DNA from: Acanthaster planci
Taxonomy: Eukaryota
Direction of reading: 5' to 3'
Assembly: GCF_001949145.1 (NCBI RefSeq)
Contig: NW_019091356.1
Span: 4,074,934 to 4,138,933 of the forward strand
Length of the DNA: 64,000 bases
Positions 14,301 to 28,013 of this stretch are shown piece by piece. Both the position numbers and the translations under genes were made by a program. How positions within the stretch are numbered: the first letter of the stretch is position 1; every line of letters starts with the position of its first letter. The notes below the pieces were generated by a model. That model saw only the letters and a program-made list of their open reading frames with translations, searched no databases and was not told the DNA's origin.

Positions 14301-17208
14301 AAGTGACAAAATGAAACAGGAACACTCTGCTCCCGTTGCCACGGTGATGTGGGGCAGGCTCTGGGCGAACTATCCATTTCCTCAAGTAAAAGGCCGGTGA
14401 AGCAGCAATTTTTGACCGAAGGAAGACAAAATCCTCACTGATTGTTGTTATTCATCTCTCGATTGAGAGAGTGCTAGGTGACTGGAAATTATAAAGGCAT
14501 CAGGTTCCACACATTTTCGATATTAAGAAATAACGGCTCATTGGTATCCATATCTCGAGGAAGAAACCCCACAATATAAGAGGTGAATGTAACCAGAGGT
14601 GTATGCCTTTGTCTCCACTTCAGTTATTGTTGATCTGAAAGTAAGGCTTGAACTTCTATAAAACAGCGTCAGCCATTCATGTCCATGTTCATTACAATGA
14701 CGCTGAAGGAGCTACATCAATAATCATGGTGTAGCGCTTCCTGCACAATAAAACGTACATGCCCGCTTTACAATCACTGATGAATAAAATCCCCAGTTCT
14801 GTCCACTTGTGAATGTCAAAACGAATCTAATGCAATGCACACAAAATGAATAATAAAATCTACATGTATTGACTTTGCATCAAGGCTTAACAATAACGAT
14901 TTGAAGTATAAGCCATAACCGCTATATAAGTAATGGCGTTTCTCAACATCGGAGACGGATAGCTTCATTCCCTCGACATCGCTGACTATGAAGCTCCGAG
15001 GAAAGTGTCGATTTATCCCGGGGGGTACTTAAAACTGCACCCAATAAAATCTCTAGGCAATTTTCTATTGCATCCTCCGTGACCAGGGGCCAGTGTTTTG
15101 AGCTTTACCGACCCAATCCTTGTTGGAATTTTATCCTCCGCAACCTCTCTCCCCACTCAATAAGAGAGAAACCGTATCCTTGTAAACTGACAAAAGCGAA
15201 GGGGAAATTTCAATTAGATTACCTGGCATTTGCCCGTCCGTGTAACTCAGTCCGCGCATTAAGGGCCTTCTGCTGCTAAATATCCGATGAAAAAGGAGCT
15301 GGGGAGAGATGTACGAAAAATGTCGACGCCCTACTTTTCAGCAGATGGAGATCTTTTTCAAAAACAGCAAAAGGCTGAAAGGAAAAATTAGTACCGTACA
15401 ACATTGGTTAATCACCTAACTGTAAAATGAACGCTTGAACGTTTTTTGGGGGGCTCTCATAAACCATGCCCCTGATGACATGACCAACAAGTTAATCGGT
15501 CGACGTGAGAAACTCTGTCATGAGGACTCAGAAGGGTTGGCATCACGCGAGGTTGTTATTGCTTCAATCACGCATTGCATTCTTTGCCAGCAAGGATTAA
15601 GACATCTTACGAGAGCTAAGTGTAATCGCCTTTAGCCAGTAGAAGTCTTAGATTTATCCAAATTAATCTCCATCGTGTTGTCAAACTCTCCTCATCTCAA
15701 GCACAGATCTCAAGGTGATTTGCATCTAAAAATAGTGTTCATGGATAATTCACAGTACGTGTCATTTGGTGAGTATTGAGCAGCTGGCAATACACACATC
15801 CATTAGTGCGTTATGAAACTCACCGGCTCGGGTGCGTTTCAAGTCATCCTGACAGATAAACATTTTAAAATGCATCATGTCACACAAGTCTAAGTTCATA
15901 AAATGAAACTTCTCTATTGTTGATTTTCAATAAAATACATTGTACGTGACAATAAGAAATAAAGTATGACAGAGTTTTTGACAATTATTCCTAACAGAAA
16001 GGCTCTATCGTTGAGCCGTATAACAATTCCCTTTCGTAGACAGCAAGATTCCACAACAAAGGTACAATATTTCGTGACTTATCTATCATCTGATGACGGC
16101 ACACATCTCACATTCCCCATCTTTCTCTTCAGATCGGAATGAGATACTTTACAGGGTTGAAGAGGTCGTTATTCTGTGCATGTGTCCCTCCGTTTCATTT
16201 TCAGAATAGAGCTCGCTTAAGCCATGCACCCTAGGTCCTTGCTAATACTTTAATCTGATCAAGTGCATTCCTGCAATTCTACTAGGCCAGTTTCGTGAAA
16301 GAAAAGAAATGACAAAACAGCACTGGAGTAGATTCGTGTCATTTTAAACACCATTCAAACAGATATGATGAAATTTGATGGGGAAGGTCTGGGGGCCGCT
16401 AAAAACGCGAATGGAAAGTGACACTCACGAAGGACGGTACTGAAATCAAACCAACTGCTCCACGGGATTGTCTACACACAGACGACATCATGGTCGAGAG
16501 CGAATTATGCAAGGCAGTCATTAATGTAAAACAGGCGCCATAAACGGAGCCACTACGACGGGGGAGGTCACGTCAGCCGAGAGCGACCGAATGTCTTGGT
16601 CACATTTTTTTCAACGTTTGGGTCGCAAGCAGGTCTTGAGAGGACCACATGCGTGGCACCCACCGAAAAGTAACATAAAGCCCCATGGCTCAGGCTGAAT
16701 CTACCAACAAATTCAAAACAGTAATCACTGTGAGTGGATAATCAGAAAATCCAGAAGTGTCCTCTTTGGTATGAAAAGCAATTTAACGCTTTTTATTCGA
16801 CTTGCACACGGCACCTCGTGCACACGAAGGCTGTTTTAATGTTTGATTGATACGCTGAGGATTGGATGAAGGCCTAAGCCTCCATCACTCGGCATGGAGA
16901 ACGCAGTCTGCTCAGGCCCGAACAGTTTAATCTAACTTGAAGTAACTTCCAATTCGCTCTTCATAATTGAACGGCTGGAAGCTTCGCCAGCGTTTCTCCT
17001 TTCAGTATCGAGTTAAGTGGTCAGCCGACGACCTGTCCTCTGCAAGGCTGACGGGCATCTATCGACACTACGCAAGCTGATACGCAATTTCTGCTTCCAG
17101 GAAATGTTTTCATCCTCTCCTGCTTGCTCTGAGGGAGGAAAGTACAAGATGTAATCATGTTTTCTCGTCGATGTCTCCGCACAGTGCGATAAGAGCGGTA
17201 CAAATCTT

Positions 17209-17803
17209 ATGTTCACTAGCGAGTTGAACCATTCTAGCGCAGACGTCGAAAACGGCTCGATCTTGGATACTTGTGGATTGGAGGGAAACTGGAGACTGTA
17301 TCGGAAAATATCCATGGCAACACCCAGAATTCACATCATCCCTTCGGATGATAGCCAGGAATATGCCAGAAATAATCCTGCTGGACAAAATATCGACCGT
17401 ACAATTCTTCAAAAACGGGACCAGCGTGCGTTCTCCTCTGGAAGCAGCGGCGACGACGATGCGTCTATGTGTACCCTGTCTCCCAGAGCTGATGACGTCA
17501 TAGATGACGTCATTTCTAGCCCAAATCCAGACGGACTGAGCCCAAGGAGGTACCAGGGATACAGTTACTCTTCTGATGAGCGGTCCACTTCCCAGTTCAG
17601 TTTTTCACCCTCGAAGCCCAGGCGACATTCCGACTCGCAGGCCCTTGGTGCCGATCCTGCGTTCAAAGAGGCTATCTTATCTTTGAGAGACTCCACGGAG
17701 GGATGCTGTGAGGACGAAGGATACTCAACTAGGGAAGCAGGTGAATTGACGGTAAACAAAGGAGGAGGCAATGCAAGAAGATGGAGTACTCCGTATTCTC
17801 AAG
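17209..17803 (+). CDS. gprs: BTB-BACK serine-enriched protein, N-terminal Ser/Asp-rich coding exon (start at ATG 17209 or 17314)
   Basis: 212-aa ORF, S/D/P-rich (MATPRIHIIPSDDSQE...RRWSTPYSQ). Ends CAA G|GTAACC, phase 1, joining the BTB exon at 26711 in frame. A good acceptor (tttctcctttcAG) at 17005 suggests a 5' UTR part. Confidence 0.7.
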
Positions 17804-20800
17804 GTAACCAACCAATCTCCATGTACAATAACCACCTGTTAGATTAGTCCTGTTACGATATAAGGTCTAAGAATGGCTGTAGCTTATCTTGATCTTCTAA
17901 ATGCAACTTCTTTCAAAAATCATCCGAAACATCTAGCTTACTATCTTGCAAATAACGATTCCAAGCATCTTACATATCTAAAAATATATTTCAACATAAA
18001 AGAAACATATATTCCGTGAACACTAGAGCCAACAGCACCGGGAACAAAAAAAAACCTTATTCAATGGGTTGGAATAAATTCAGCACTGTTGAGGAAATTG
18101 AACAATCTGCTGGAACTGTAACACAACTTGAAACTCTCCACAATATACGCATCTGTTACATCAAAGCTAAATTTTATATTTCGTTTTACATCTTCGAAGA
18201 TGATGTTTTCCTCGACATTGTTTGATGGTGTATAATTCTTATCGCAAGCAAACCAATAAGAGAGTTAGAATATTTGAAACAAGGAATGAATGGATTAAAA
18301 AATGTATGTAAGTTATCCAAACAAAGTTGAATTTTATACATTTCTTATGAAAGTATCCACAGCTTCTCTTTGACATACTTGCTATGACAGAATGAAATAC
18401 TACTCTTGTGCAGTCACATGTTGGTCCCTGCTGCCAACGCGTGGGTCAGAAGAACGATCAGTGACAATATATATAATTATGAACACAGACATCATTATCG
18501 GTCTGTGAATTGAAATATGATCGTAAATCTCCATTCTTATAATTCTGCACGGGGTCGATAAACCAAGTCCCGCAAAAATGAGTGATTTATGTGGCTAGCA
18601 AGCAAAAGTCTGCAAGGTGGTTGTTTTTTTCATCGAAAATAAGATATTTACCTGAACTATTTGTAATGAAACCAGGACGGCTTGCCAAGATAAGACGCCA
18701 GCTAAAATTTTATTTGATTTTTTTGTCTATCTGACACAGCAAACTATGACAATTTGCATTACATAGATCATTTTGGCGCTGAAGTCCGAATACGTGAAGT
18801 AACACAGGGAGAGAGAACACAAAGGTTGGTCTTTCAGAGAATTTTATCCTAATGCATTAAGTCTGAACGTACCTGAATCTAGTGTGCACCTGTTTCAATG
18901 AAAGTGCCTCTCTTTAGGATTTGCCGCACAAAACATTTCTTCTTCGCTGTGACCGATACGCACTTCAGAGTTTCACAAGAGCTCTACATTGCCTTGTTGA
19001 CATACATTATACACCTGTTGGCTACATAGGCACTTGGAGGGCACCATTCCGGGTTCTTTGGTCAATTTGTTTCGAGAAGGTTATCTTTGCTTGCTCAGTG
19101 AAAAAAAAGAGCTGAAGCTGCAGATTCAAGTGGTGGATTGGCAGTTTCCGGGACGCCATCCTTGCATTGTGAAAGAGTGTCGTGGCACGTCTGCTAATGA
19201 CTAGTGCAAAGAGAAAAACCAAGTCTGTTTTCAGCTGCCCAGCGACAATAACCGTTTACACAAGCCACTGTCTGAACCATATGGCTTTCAGTTCCCCTCG
19301 GGAAGAGAGAGAAGGTGAAGAGTTTAACCACTGAACAAACATGACTGGTAACTGGCTGTATGCTAAGACATTGAATGATACTGGCTCCCAGCAATTCAAC
19401 TATTTCGTCAAGTTTTTAAAGGCGAACAGTGCGGACCAGTGCTGTAACTTTGATCTCTAGCTATACCATCTCTTTAACTTGGAGGTTTTCAAATTCAAAT
19501 TGCCCTAATATTGCACTCATGCTAAGTGTTCACTTCCAGTGCATGAGTAATATTTAGAACCTGATACCTCGAGTGCATTACTCAGGACATGAAAATCTAC
19601 CAGCGAAGTCAATTTATTAAATTTAATATTACTGAAAAGGTCGGTTAGCTGTTAATCTATACGGCGTCGTATATAAAAATGTCTGGACATTGAACTGCTG
19701 GTATAGACTCGGGTTGATTTGAGGCAGTCTCACCGAATGGCCGCGCCATGACATTGCCCTAATTCAAAGGCCTCACAGATGTAAATTTGAAGTACTACGC
19801 TTCCTCTAGTGAGCCAATGGAACACCAGTTTCCAGGAAAACAAATCCGCTAATGGTGTGTCACGATGGACGATTGAGTGTTGGCAGGGTTAGAGGCGGAA
19901 GGACCTCCTTAGCTTCCGCTGTCATTAATCGGTGGAGAGGTCCGTTCCATCGTGTCATCTTAGACACCGTCCCCATAGCAATGGGATGCGTATCGCTAGG
20001 TCAACAGGTCCAACACCAAGTACCAAGTAAACAGCTTTCGACAAACCGCGCTCATGCATGATGTAACGCTTACACGTTCAACCATGCGTGGTTAAACCGT
20101 AAGACAACCCCGTTCCTGATATTTTTCGTTTTCGTGGATTGGAAGGGCGTATTTCCCACCCATTAAACAATGGGTGCTTTTTTACTCTTAGCAGTTGGCG
20201 GGCCCTCAGAAAAGTTCAGATGAAACCTCAGTACTTAAAGTGTTTACGGAATCCCTGGACTGTCAACGACGCCGGGACATATCGGATTAAACCAATGGGG
20301 CCGCTTTCCCGAGCTGAGGTGACACGGGATCTGAACAGGTAACTACCACAGGGACTGTACGAGTAGGTCAGTGTGCTTGGAAACCATAAACTTTGTTTAT
20401 AGCTGCTCAGTGTTTCGGGCATTGGTTGAGCTGGGTTTTAATTAGAGTCGCCTGGTTTCCGGTCTCTTGGGCCGGGGTAACCTTACAAGTGCGTTACCAG
20501 TGGGGTTGGGCCGACTATGGATGACGTGTTTGCTTCAGCACATTGGCAAACATGATCAAAGAAAGGGATTGTTTTTTTAGAGACGGGTACGTGGAGTTCT
20601 TGAAGGATCAGCAGTTTGTATGCCTTTAGTGAAACTTTCAAAGTAGAAAGCCAAGAGATGTCTGTGGACACATCGTGCTCGAGACAGCATTATGCGATTT
20701 AGCACACTTCTTGAAATCGGTGTCTTGGTCTTGGGATATAGGTTGTGCACGTTCGTTGATTCGGATTTCTACCAGGAAAATACTTAAGCGTCAAAACAGC

Positions 20801-21233
20801 TTTGTTAACTTTGCATAGGGTTCCTGATTTAGCAGCAGTGAGTGCGACTACAGGAATATAGCTACACTAAATTCGATCACGTCTAGCACGATTACCTCGG
20901 CGTGTGCAGGGGACAAATTCTCCATTACTTTGGAGAATCCTATCGGGGAGATAGTGCACGGTCTCGGTTAGCCAACACGTTTGTTTTACATGTACTTACT
21001 TACCAAATGTTGGACTTAGCGTCAAGGAATCATTCATCACCGACTTTAACGTCTGTTTTGTTTGAGCTCTGGGTCAACCCATCAAACTGGTGATGAAGGA
21101 GCGGTAATCTACATGATGCAGGCTTGATGAGTGCCTCGTCAGAAACAGCGCTTTGCACTTCATAGTTAGTTTTCTCCTCCCGCTCAAAGATTTGCAAGGA
21201 AACGGGGAAAAAACAAAAAAACTGAGTATTGAA

Positions 21234-21315
21234 ATGGCGCAGCGGCACACACGTGGGACGTGCCAGGGCTACCTTCCACACAACAGGACCCGCTGGTCGG
21301 GAGTATCCGGCACAG
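21234..21315 (+). CDS. Candidate alternative first coding exon of the BTB-BACK gene
   Basis: aaATGG start, MAQRHTRGTCQGYLPHNRTRWSGVSGT, ends ACA G|GTAGGT, phase 1, compatible with the acceptor at 26711. No homology evidence. Confidence 0.3.
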
Positions 21316-24300
21316 GTAGGTTAAGTAAACGCCCCGTTTTTTAAGGCTCAGGGGCACCTGCCGTGTGAAAAGGAAAACGTAAAAAGCTAATGGATTTCCA
21401 GGCCTGACGACCGTGCTCCTTGTATAGATGTAGCCGACGTGGCAGGTGAATTCGATCGCAGTTTCAACATGTTTGGGTTGCAAACAGAAAATCGTTGGCA
21501 CCTTAGTGTCTGCCCGGGAATCATGGTCACATACCCTGCAGTTGGAATACCTTGCATGAGTTACTCTCCAATGTTAAATGTATTAGATGCTTACATTTCC
21601 TTGGGAAATGATGCATAAAGGTTGATACTAAAGTGTTCACGGACAGTCGTGCGAAGTTATACTATGTCTGTGTAATGACCAAGCGCTTGAAAGCCTCCCC
21701 CGACATGCTCTATAAGCACGAGACTACAATAATGCAGGTTACTTTGTAACGCCGTGTGGTTTCTGGAAATTGTATAAAATAGAGAGCAAATAAGCCTACT
21801 AGAGAGTTTCTAATGGCTCATCACAGCATGTTCGAAACAACTGGCCACGGTCGGTAGTGACGCATAAGTCTGTTGGAAGTGGCTGCCTTCTAGCAAGTGG
21901 CACAAAGGCGCACGCGTTATTGCAGGCCGCAGCCATGACTTTAGGACATCGTCTCTCTGGGAAGCAATGAAAACCTAAAGACGCCGGTGTTATACGGTTT
22001 CCGTTTTCGTACATGAATTTCCCAGTTAATAATCAGCGATAAATTCCATAATGTGTCAACTATGATCATACTCCTGTAGTCTAGGTTTCTTGACCAAACG
22101 CTTTGGTCGCTTAGGACACTCGGATCACTTTGAGCTTTGATTGGACAAGAGTTGTACATGTACGTTGATATTCCGTGGACACTTTTTGCCTCATGAGAAT
22201 ACCTGGTACTTCAGAAGAACTGACTTTGTTTCTTCCACGAAACGTCTGGATCATCCGATGACTCGGTCCTCATGGCCTCGCCTTCTCTTGTTGACAGTTC
22301 ACTCAAACGCACCTGACATTTACAATGCCGTCTGGACATGCTTTACCCATCAACTGTTTTTTTGTCACTGGGACAAACATTACATCGTGCCCTCATGTGG
22401 CGCAGAACTGGGGGGGACCATCATCAGAAGGGGGATTTCCCAGCGGGCTTCCGAAGCATGTGTACCGGGCAAGATTCGGCCAAGACTCTTCAGCAATCCA
22501 AACAAGTCCCATCCCACTTCATTGATTGTTTTTCACCTGTCGCGCACTCGCATTCCTTATTTCCGACTTGATGCCTTGTTTTCCTGCCAGCCTGCCCTCT
22601 GGGATTTCCGTGTCTTGGAGTGATCATCTTCATTTTTTTCTCCAACTGCCGGGCACCTAAGCAATCTCAGCGTATTTCTCGCCAGATCTTATGCCGAGAG
22701 TTGTTTGTGTTCTTTCTAGACAGAAATTGCACGTCTGCGATCCCATAGTGAGAACGTCTAGTATATTACATTAGTAGAAGGATGCATGCGACATATCGCG
22801 AGAGGGTTGACTTTTCGATCTGTTCGGCTGTTTATCTTGGAAATCGACAGAAGCACAATAATCTATGCAAGGAGATTGAACCATGGGGCATTCTGAAGGG
22901 CGTCGTATGCTCTCTTGAGCCATTTGGCTGGAACCCTGTGGCAAAATGACTTCCACAACTCAACTTGCTTCAATCTGGACGAAACCAAAACAATTTCCGC
23001 AGCAGGAATTAGTAAGCCTCGAAAGACAGGCAACCCGAACAAACTTACTTCAAACAGTTATTTCCTTTCAAAGCCTTCACCGCCACCTCGCCAATGTTAC
23101 ATCATTGCTAGCCATATGTGAGGTAAAAGGTATAGGTTTCACGTTTTAACCAAATCCTTAAAGAGGAAAATTTTAAGTGAATGATTAATGTGTACTCTTT
23201 TATACTCTTTTATATTGATTCTTTAAAAAAGACGATTTTGAATGCATTGGAAAGGTCAAACAAGACAGCCGTAGTCATTACAAATATCGGAACGAAACAA
23301 CAATCATAACGGATCGTAAGTACAACAACTGCAGGCAGAGCTGTACAAACGATGATAAAATCCTGGCGGCGCATGTAAATCTAACGTTCGACGGGAGGTA
23401 ATGCGGTAACAACATTGGGTTATTTGTGTGAGATCAGGTGTACCATCAAACGAGATTTACCCAGCAAATTCCTGTATACACATCGACTCCAGTCCCGGGG
23501 ATCAAACAAAGACATCTCCCAAACGACTACATGAGAGCGAAGTACATTAAAGCATCCGACAGTCAAGTTATATTAAGTTACTCAAGCGAAGAGGCACTGA
23601 CAATGCGCATCGTTTCGTATACATGACCTCATAATATATTTGCTACAGGAGTGAGGTACAGTAAAATGAACACAAAAGTATAGTCGTGATAGGTTATCCA
23701 AAAAAAGGGAAGAAAAAGCAAGACAAGGAAAAGTTCAGACTAGAGATGAAATGGAAAAACAGAGTTTCAGACGCAAAGGAAACATTTTCTGAAAAGGAAA
23801 GGTACAGGCAAAAAAGCGATGACCTGCCGAGAACATGGGCGCCACGTGTTGGAAGAGGGAGCGAATATAATTGATATAGGAGGTAAATGACGACGGGGCC
23901 TCTCTCTGGCAGTGGAACTGTAGAAAAGAACGACGAGTCGCTTAATTAAGGATATTTATCATCCCGTATCCTCGCTTTAAGAAGCCACTGCTTCGACGGA
24001 ATATAATCCACAAATCGGTCGCGTTTGTCGGGAAACTAACCGAACGTAATGCAACTAAAATGTTCCTCTGAAATAATGAACACATGGACTTGACGGTTTA
24101 TTGAAAGAACAGTAAGCCTACCCCAAATGGGCACTTAAATTTGCTTGTTAATTCGAAGGAGTCATTTGGAGAGCAAATAGTTTGAGAATAACATCTAAAA
24201 TTAAGCTAGTTATACGGCTGTATAATTTTCTTCGACATTCAGAATTTCTTTTTTCGTTCGAGGCGAAAAGGTCCTTTAACGGTGTTCATGTTAGGAACAC

Positions 24301-26710
24301 GCACGCTTACAATTGCTTAAAAATCGTGGACTATTGTTGCAGACGTAATCACCTTGATAGGAATAACTGTATTTCAAAAAGAATTGCTTGATCAGGTTGG
24401 GTTTAGAAATATGAGTATAATGGACATCTTGTGATGAATAACTTATTCTGACAAGGCCAAAAGTGGAATGGCAGGAAAGGTATAGGCCTATTACTGAATA
24501 CGACAGAAGCAGGCTGCTGGCTCAGAGTCTGGGTTAGCGTCTCACATTATCATATCATACATCGTTTCATGTCTCAACATTCTATGTATGGCTCACACAT
24601 CTGCTACTCGTGCGCACTGCAGTATATGTGAATTCTGCAGCCACATCCTCAGCCTTCGGGGCATATCTTTGTCGTTAATAGACATAATCGAATCTGTATT
24701 GTTCAGTTTTCCTGACAAAAGACTGCCACAATATTGAAACTATATAGCTACAGGCTACGATGAAAAAACCTTCCACAGCAGTCTAACAGCAAAGACCAGC
24801 CCTGCATTGTAGTTGAAGTCATTTATGAAATGATAAAAACGAGCCTGACTCCCTAATGTCTCGAACACTGACGTGCCACCACAATTCACTGTAAATTCAA
24901 TTACTTCTCAAGTGCTACTGTAACGACAGTTGTATCAAAATTTTAATTTTGCGGGCAACGTGTGTCTTGCTGTTGCAGTGCCCATTACGACCCTGGACGT
25001 TACCTGTTTATTTGGATTTCTTCCCTTCTCCCTGGGCAATTAACTTTTGCAGTGGACTTGAAACCAATGCACTTATTAAAAGAGGAGTGCATTTTTAAGA
25101 CAAAGTAAGGTGTGCACAACGGAGGGTTACCGTAGATGTGACTCCCCCCGGAGTTTTCTCTGGTCGGGGCTGGCTTGTTCCGTTGCGGTAAGCAGTGCTG
25201 AAATAGTCTGGTACGTAATGACAGATATTAAAAGAGGCGTTTGTTCCTCGGTTGTCATGGTGCCAGAGGATGCTTCATGTCGTTGCTATGGTGACATTGG
25301 CAGAGTGGAAGAACACCCGGGAGCTAACCAGCAAAGCACAGAAGCTGAGCATGTTCGAAATGACTTGGTGTGCGGACTGGAGAAGCTGATTGTCTGCTAG
25401 AATTTGGCGACTGCTGTCAGTGTTTTTATTCGTTCCCAATCTACTGTGCCATTCTTTTGAATAATGACAGACAGACATTCCAGGGAAGCAAGATGACTCG
25501 AACAACTGCAAAATAGTAGCTACAAGACCAAGAGATTGACTGATCTGAACTGAAACGTGTGCATTAACAAAATTCGCTTAACCAGACCCTCGTCTAATAA
25601 ACATAAACCTGTAATTTAAAGTGCTCAAGGCAGAATTATGTAAACACAGAGTCAGTCAATAACAATGGATTCTTATCTTCCACCAGCTGTAACAATGAGC
25701 TAGTTCGTTATTTCAACTTAAAGGCAAGGTCAATGGAGCACAAAGCACGCGTGCGAGTCAGTCTGACAGACACTTACCAACATCTTTGAATTACAGTGCA
25801 ATTCAATTGCAATTCTTACGTGTCAAAGTACTGCGTAGTTTTGTTGTACTTGCTTAATCATCGTTTCTATTACCATATGTTTACTAATTATTTACCACGC
25901 ATTTATTCATAAATTTATGTGTAATTTGTTTGAACGTTAACTACTTTGCAGTAAGTACATTCGGGAAAAATGACAAACGTTCCCACTCGATGAATCAAGA
26001 GCACTGATACCTATCTCCAGTCACACAGTCTCGCCCTTTCCGAGGTTATTATTAAAATGCAAACGCTTCTCACCCTCCGGAAATCTTCAACGGTCAATGG
26101 CGCCCGTTATTGTCTCTAATCAGCACACTTGACCGACTTCTGTCTATTTGCTCACTTTTGGCCCCCGAGAACCGTACTCCTTTTTTTCCCTGTGCTGTCA
26201 TTGGAATTTGATGGGGAGGTAGAGAACGTGTTTACCAGAGCTACATCCCCTCGGGAAAAAAAGTTGGAGATTCAGTGTAAATTTTGCCGACGAGTCTTCC
26301 TGATGTCAGTGGGACTTTGGAAGTACGCCGAGGTCTAAGCCTTGATAAGAATAACCGTGAAAGGACCCTGTCGCGTTGAAATTCGTTGCAGTTTCTTTTT
26401 CTATTGCCAACATTACTTTCTTGCGTCAACTAAAACTGAAGGTAGACGGACGTATGTCGGGATAAAGAGTGACCAATTTAATAAGCTGCCGCTTAAAACT
26501 ATTATCCAGCACAACCATCTTTCATTACTGTGAAAAAAAAATCGTGCGGCAGACCGAGACTGTACGGTACAAGCGCTTACCATTTTCTCACATGGCGATT
26601 CCTTTTATGTTAACTCTTCTAATGAATTAGATACATATGGTAATCAAGACAATAATAGCCATCTTAAACGAAACGGACCAAATCCACAATATCCTCATTT
26701 TTCTCCACAG

Positions 26711-26936
26711 TTTACAGCGTGCAAGAGGAGTCTCCTGACCTGACAAAGGTGAAAAGCGCCCCCATCAGTCCAGTGGGCAGGATGGTAACGCGCAACTTCT
26801 TCGAGAACAAACTTGGTCTTGCCGACGACCTCAAGTTCATATCCCGCATGCCGGAGCTATGTGATGTGACGTTCCTTGTTGGGGATAGGCGGGAGCCAGT
26901 CTGCGCAGTCAGGGCCATTTTGGCGGCAAGAAGCAG
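26711..26936 (+). CDS. gprs: BTB-BACK serine-enriched protein, exon with BTB N-terminal half
   Basis: Acceptor ttttctccacAG, donor AG|GTaaat. FENKLGLADDLKFISRMPELCDVTFLVGDRREPVCAVRAILAARSR is the BTB start typical of the gprs/serine-enriched protein family. Confidence 0.92.
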
Positions 26937-27747
26937 GTAAATACAAGCTTAATTACCCAAGGAGCCTACATACAATTAGCCTTGTGTTGGTTGGCATGAC
27001 ACGTTAGATTTGAATTACTTCAATTGCCTGCCCTACTTTGTTACAATTTAGTACAGTTTAGTAGGTTTACTCATCAGATTCATTCATATTATGATTATGA
27101 CGTCTCACCATCATCGAAAAATTATCTGGGTGCTCCCTTCGAAAATCTTGGAAACGACTCTGAAATATTCCTTGGAGAAATCTCACATGTAAATCTCAGA
27201 CAGCCGCTAGTGCGGCTTACAAAAGCGCTGGAATGTTGGCGAAAGAAGCCACATTCCTTTGTCATACCAACTCAAGTCAAACGTGCTCTGTGTGATGTCT
27301 TGCCACTGGAAATTCTTCCCAGGGAAATATGGCGACATCCATAAGTGGGGCGGACGTCGAACCCCACAGTTCTGGGGGCACCATAATGGTTGATTTGGAG
27401 AGACCTACAAAACACACACAGCCATCAAAATTGGGTACTCCCCGATGATCTCATTACAGTTCGGGTTTGGACCATTTTCTCATCCCTAAAGGTGTATTTT
27501 GACAAAGCCTTACTACACAAATCTACATAACCTACATGAAAGATGTGTCTTTCATGATCTTATTTATGGCGCTGAACTTTGCTGAGGATAAACGCACTTT
27601 CTTCCAAGTTTCTTTCGCCAGCAACATGCAACGTATTGAACACACGTTTGCATCAAAGCTGTTGTGCGGTACAGTCCACATATCGACGTTAACAAAATGA
27701 AACTTATTTTGCCTTGTTTCGCTCCTACCTTCTTTTCCAACGTCTAG

Positions 27748-28013
27748 GGTCTTCCACAAGCTTCTTTACTCCGGTACCGTCACGCCATCCAGCAGTCCAC
27801 GCCGACGCGCAAACAGCATGGAGAGTCGTTTCGCTCGCAAGACCGTCTCTTTCCTCACGCGCTCCAAGAGTAATGGCGACCCAGATGGCAGCAACAGCGC
27901 CTCCAAGTGTCCGCGGACGGTGCTGATCGAGGAGTTCGAACCAGCCGTGTTTCTGAAGTTGGTCGATTACTGCCACACGGGTTGCGTGGTGCTGAATGCA
28001 GAGACGGCCTTGG
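27748..28013 (+). CDS. gprs: BTB-BACK serine-enriched protein, exon with BTB C-terminal half
   Basis: Acceptor cgtctAG (phase 2), donor G|GTaagt (phase 1). VFHKLLYSG...RTVLIEEFEPAVFLKLVDYCHTGCVVLNAETAL is a BTB pattern. Confidence 0.92.

Noticed and set aside
20220..20338. ATG-led segment ending AG|GTAACT as another first exon of the BTB gene
   Set aside because: Ends in phase 2, incompatible with the phase-1 acceptor at 26711.
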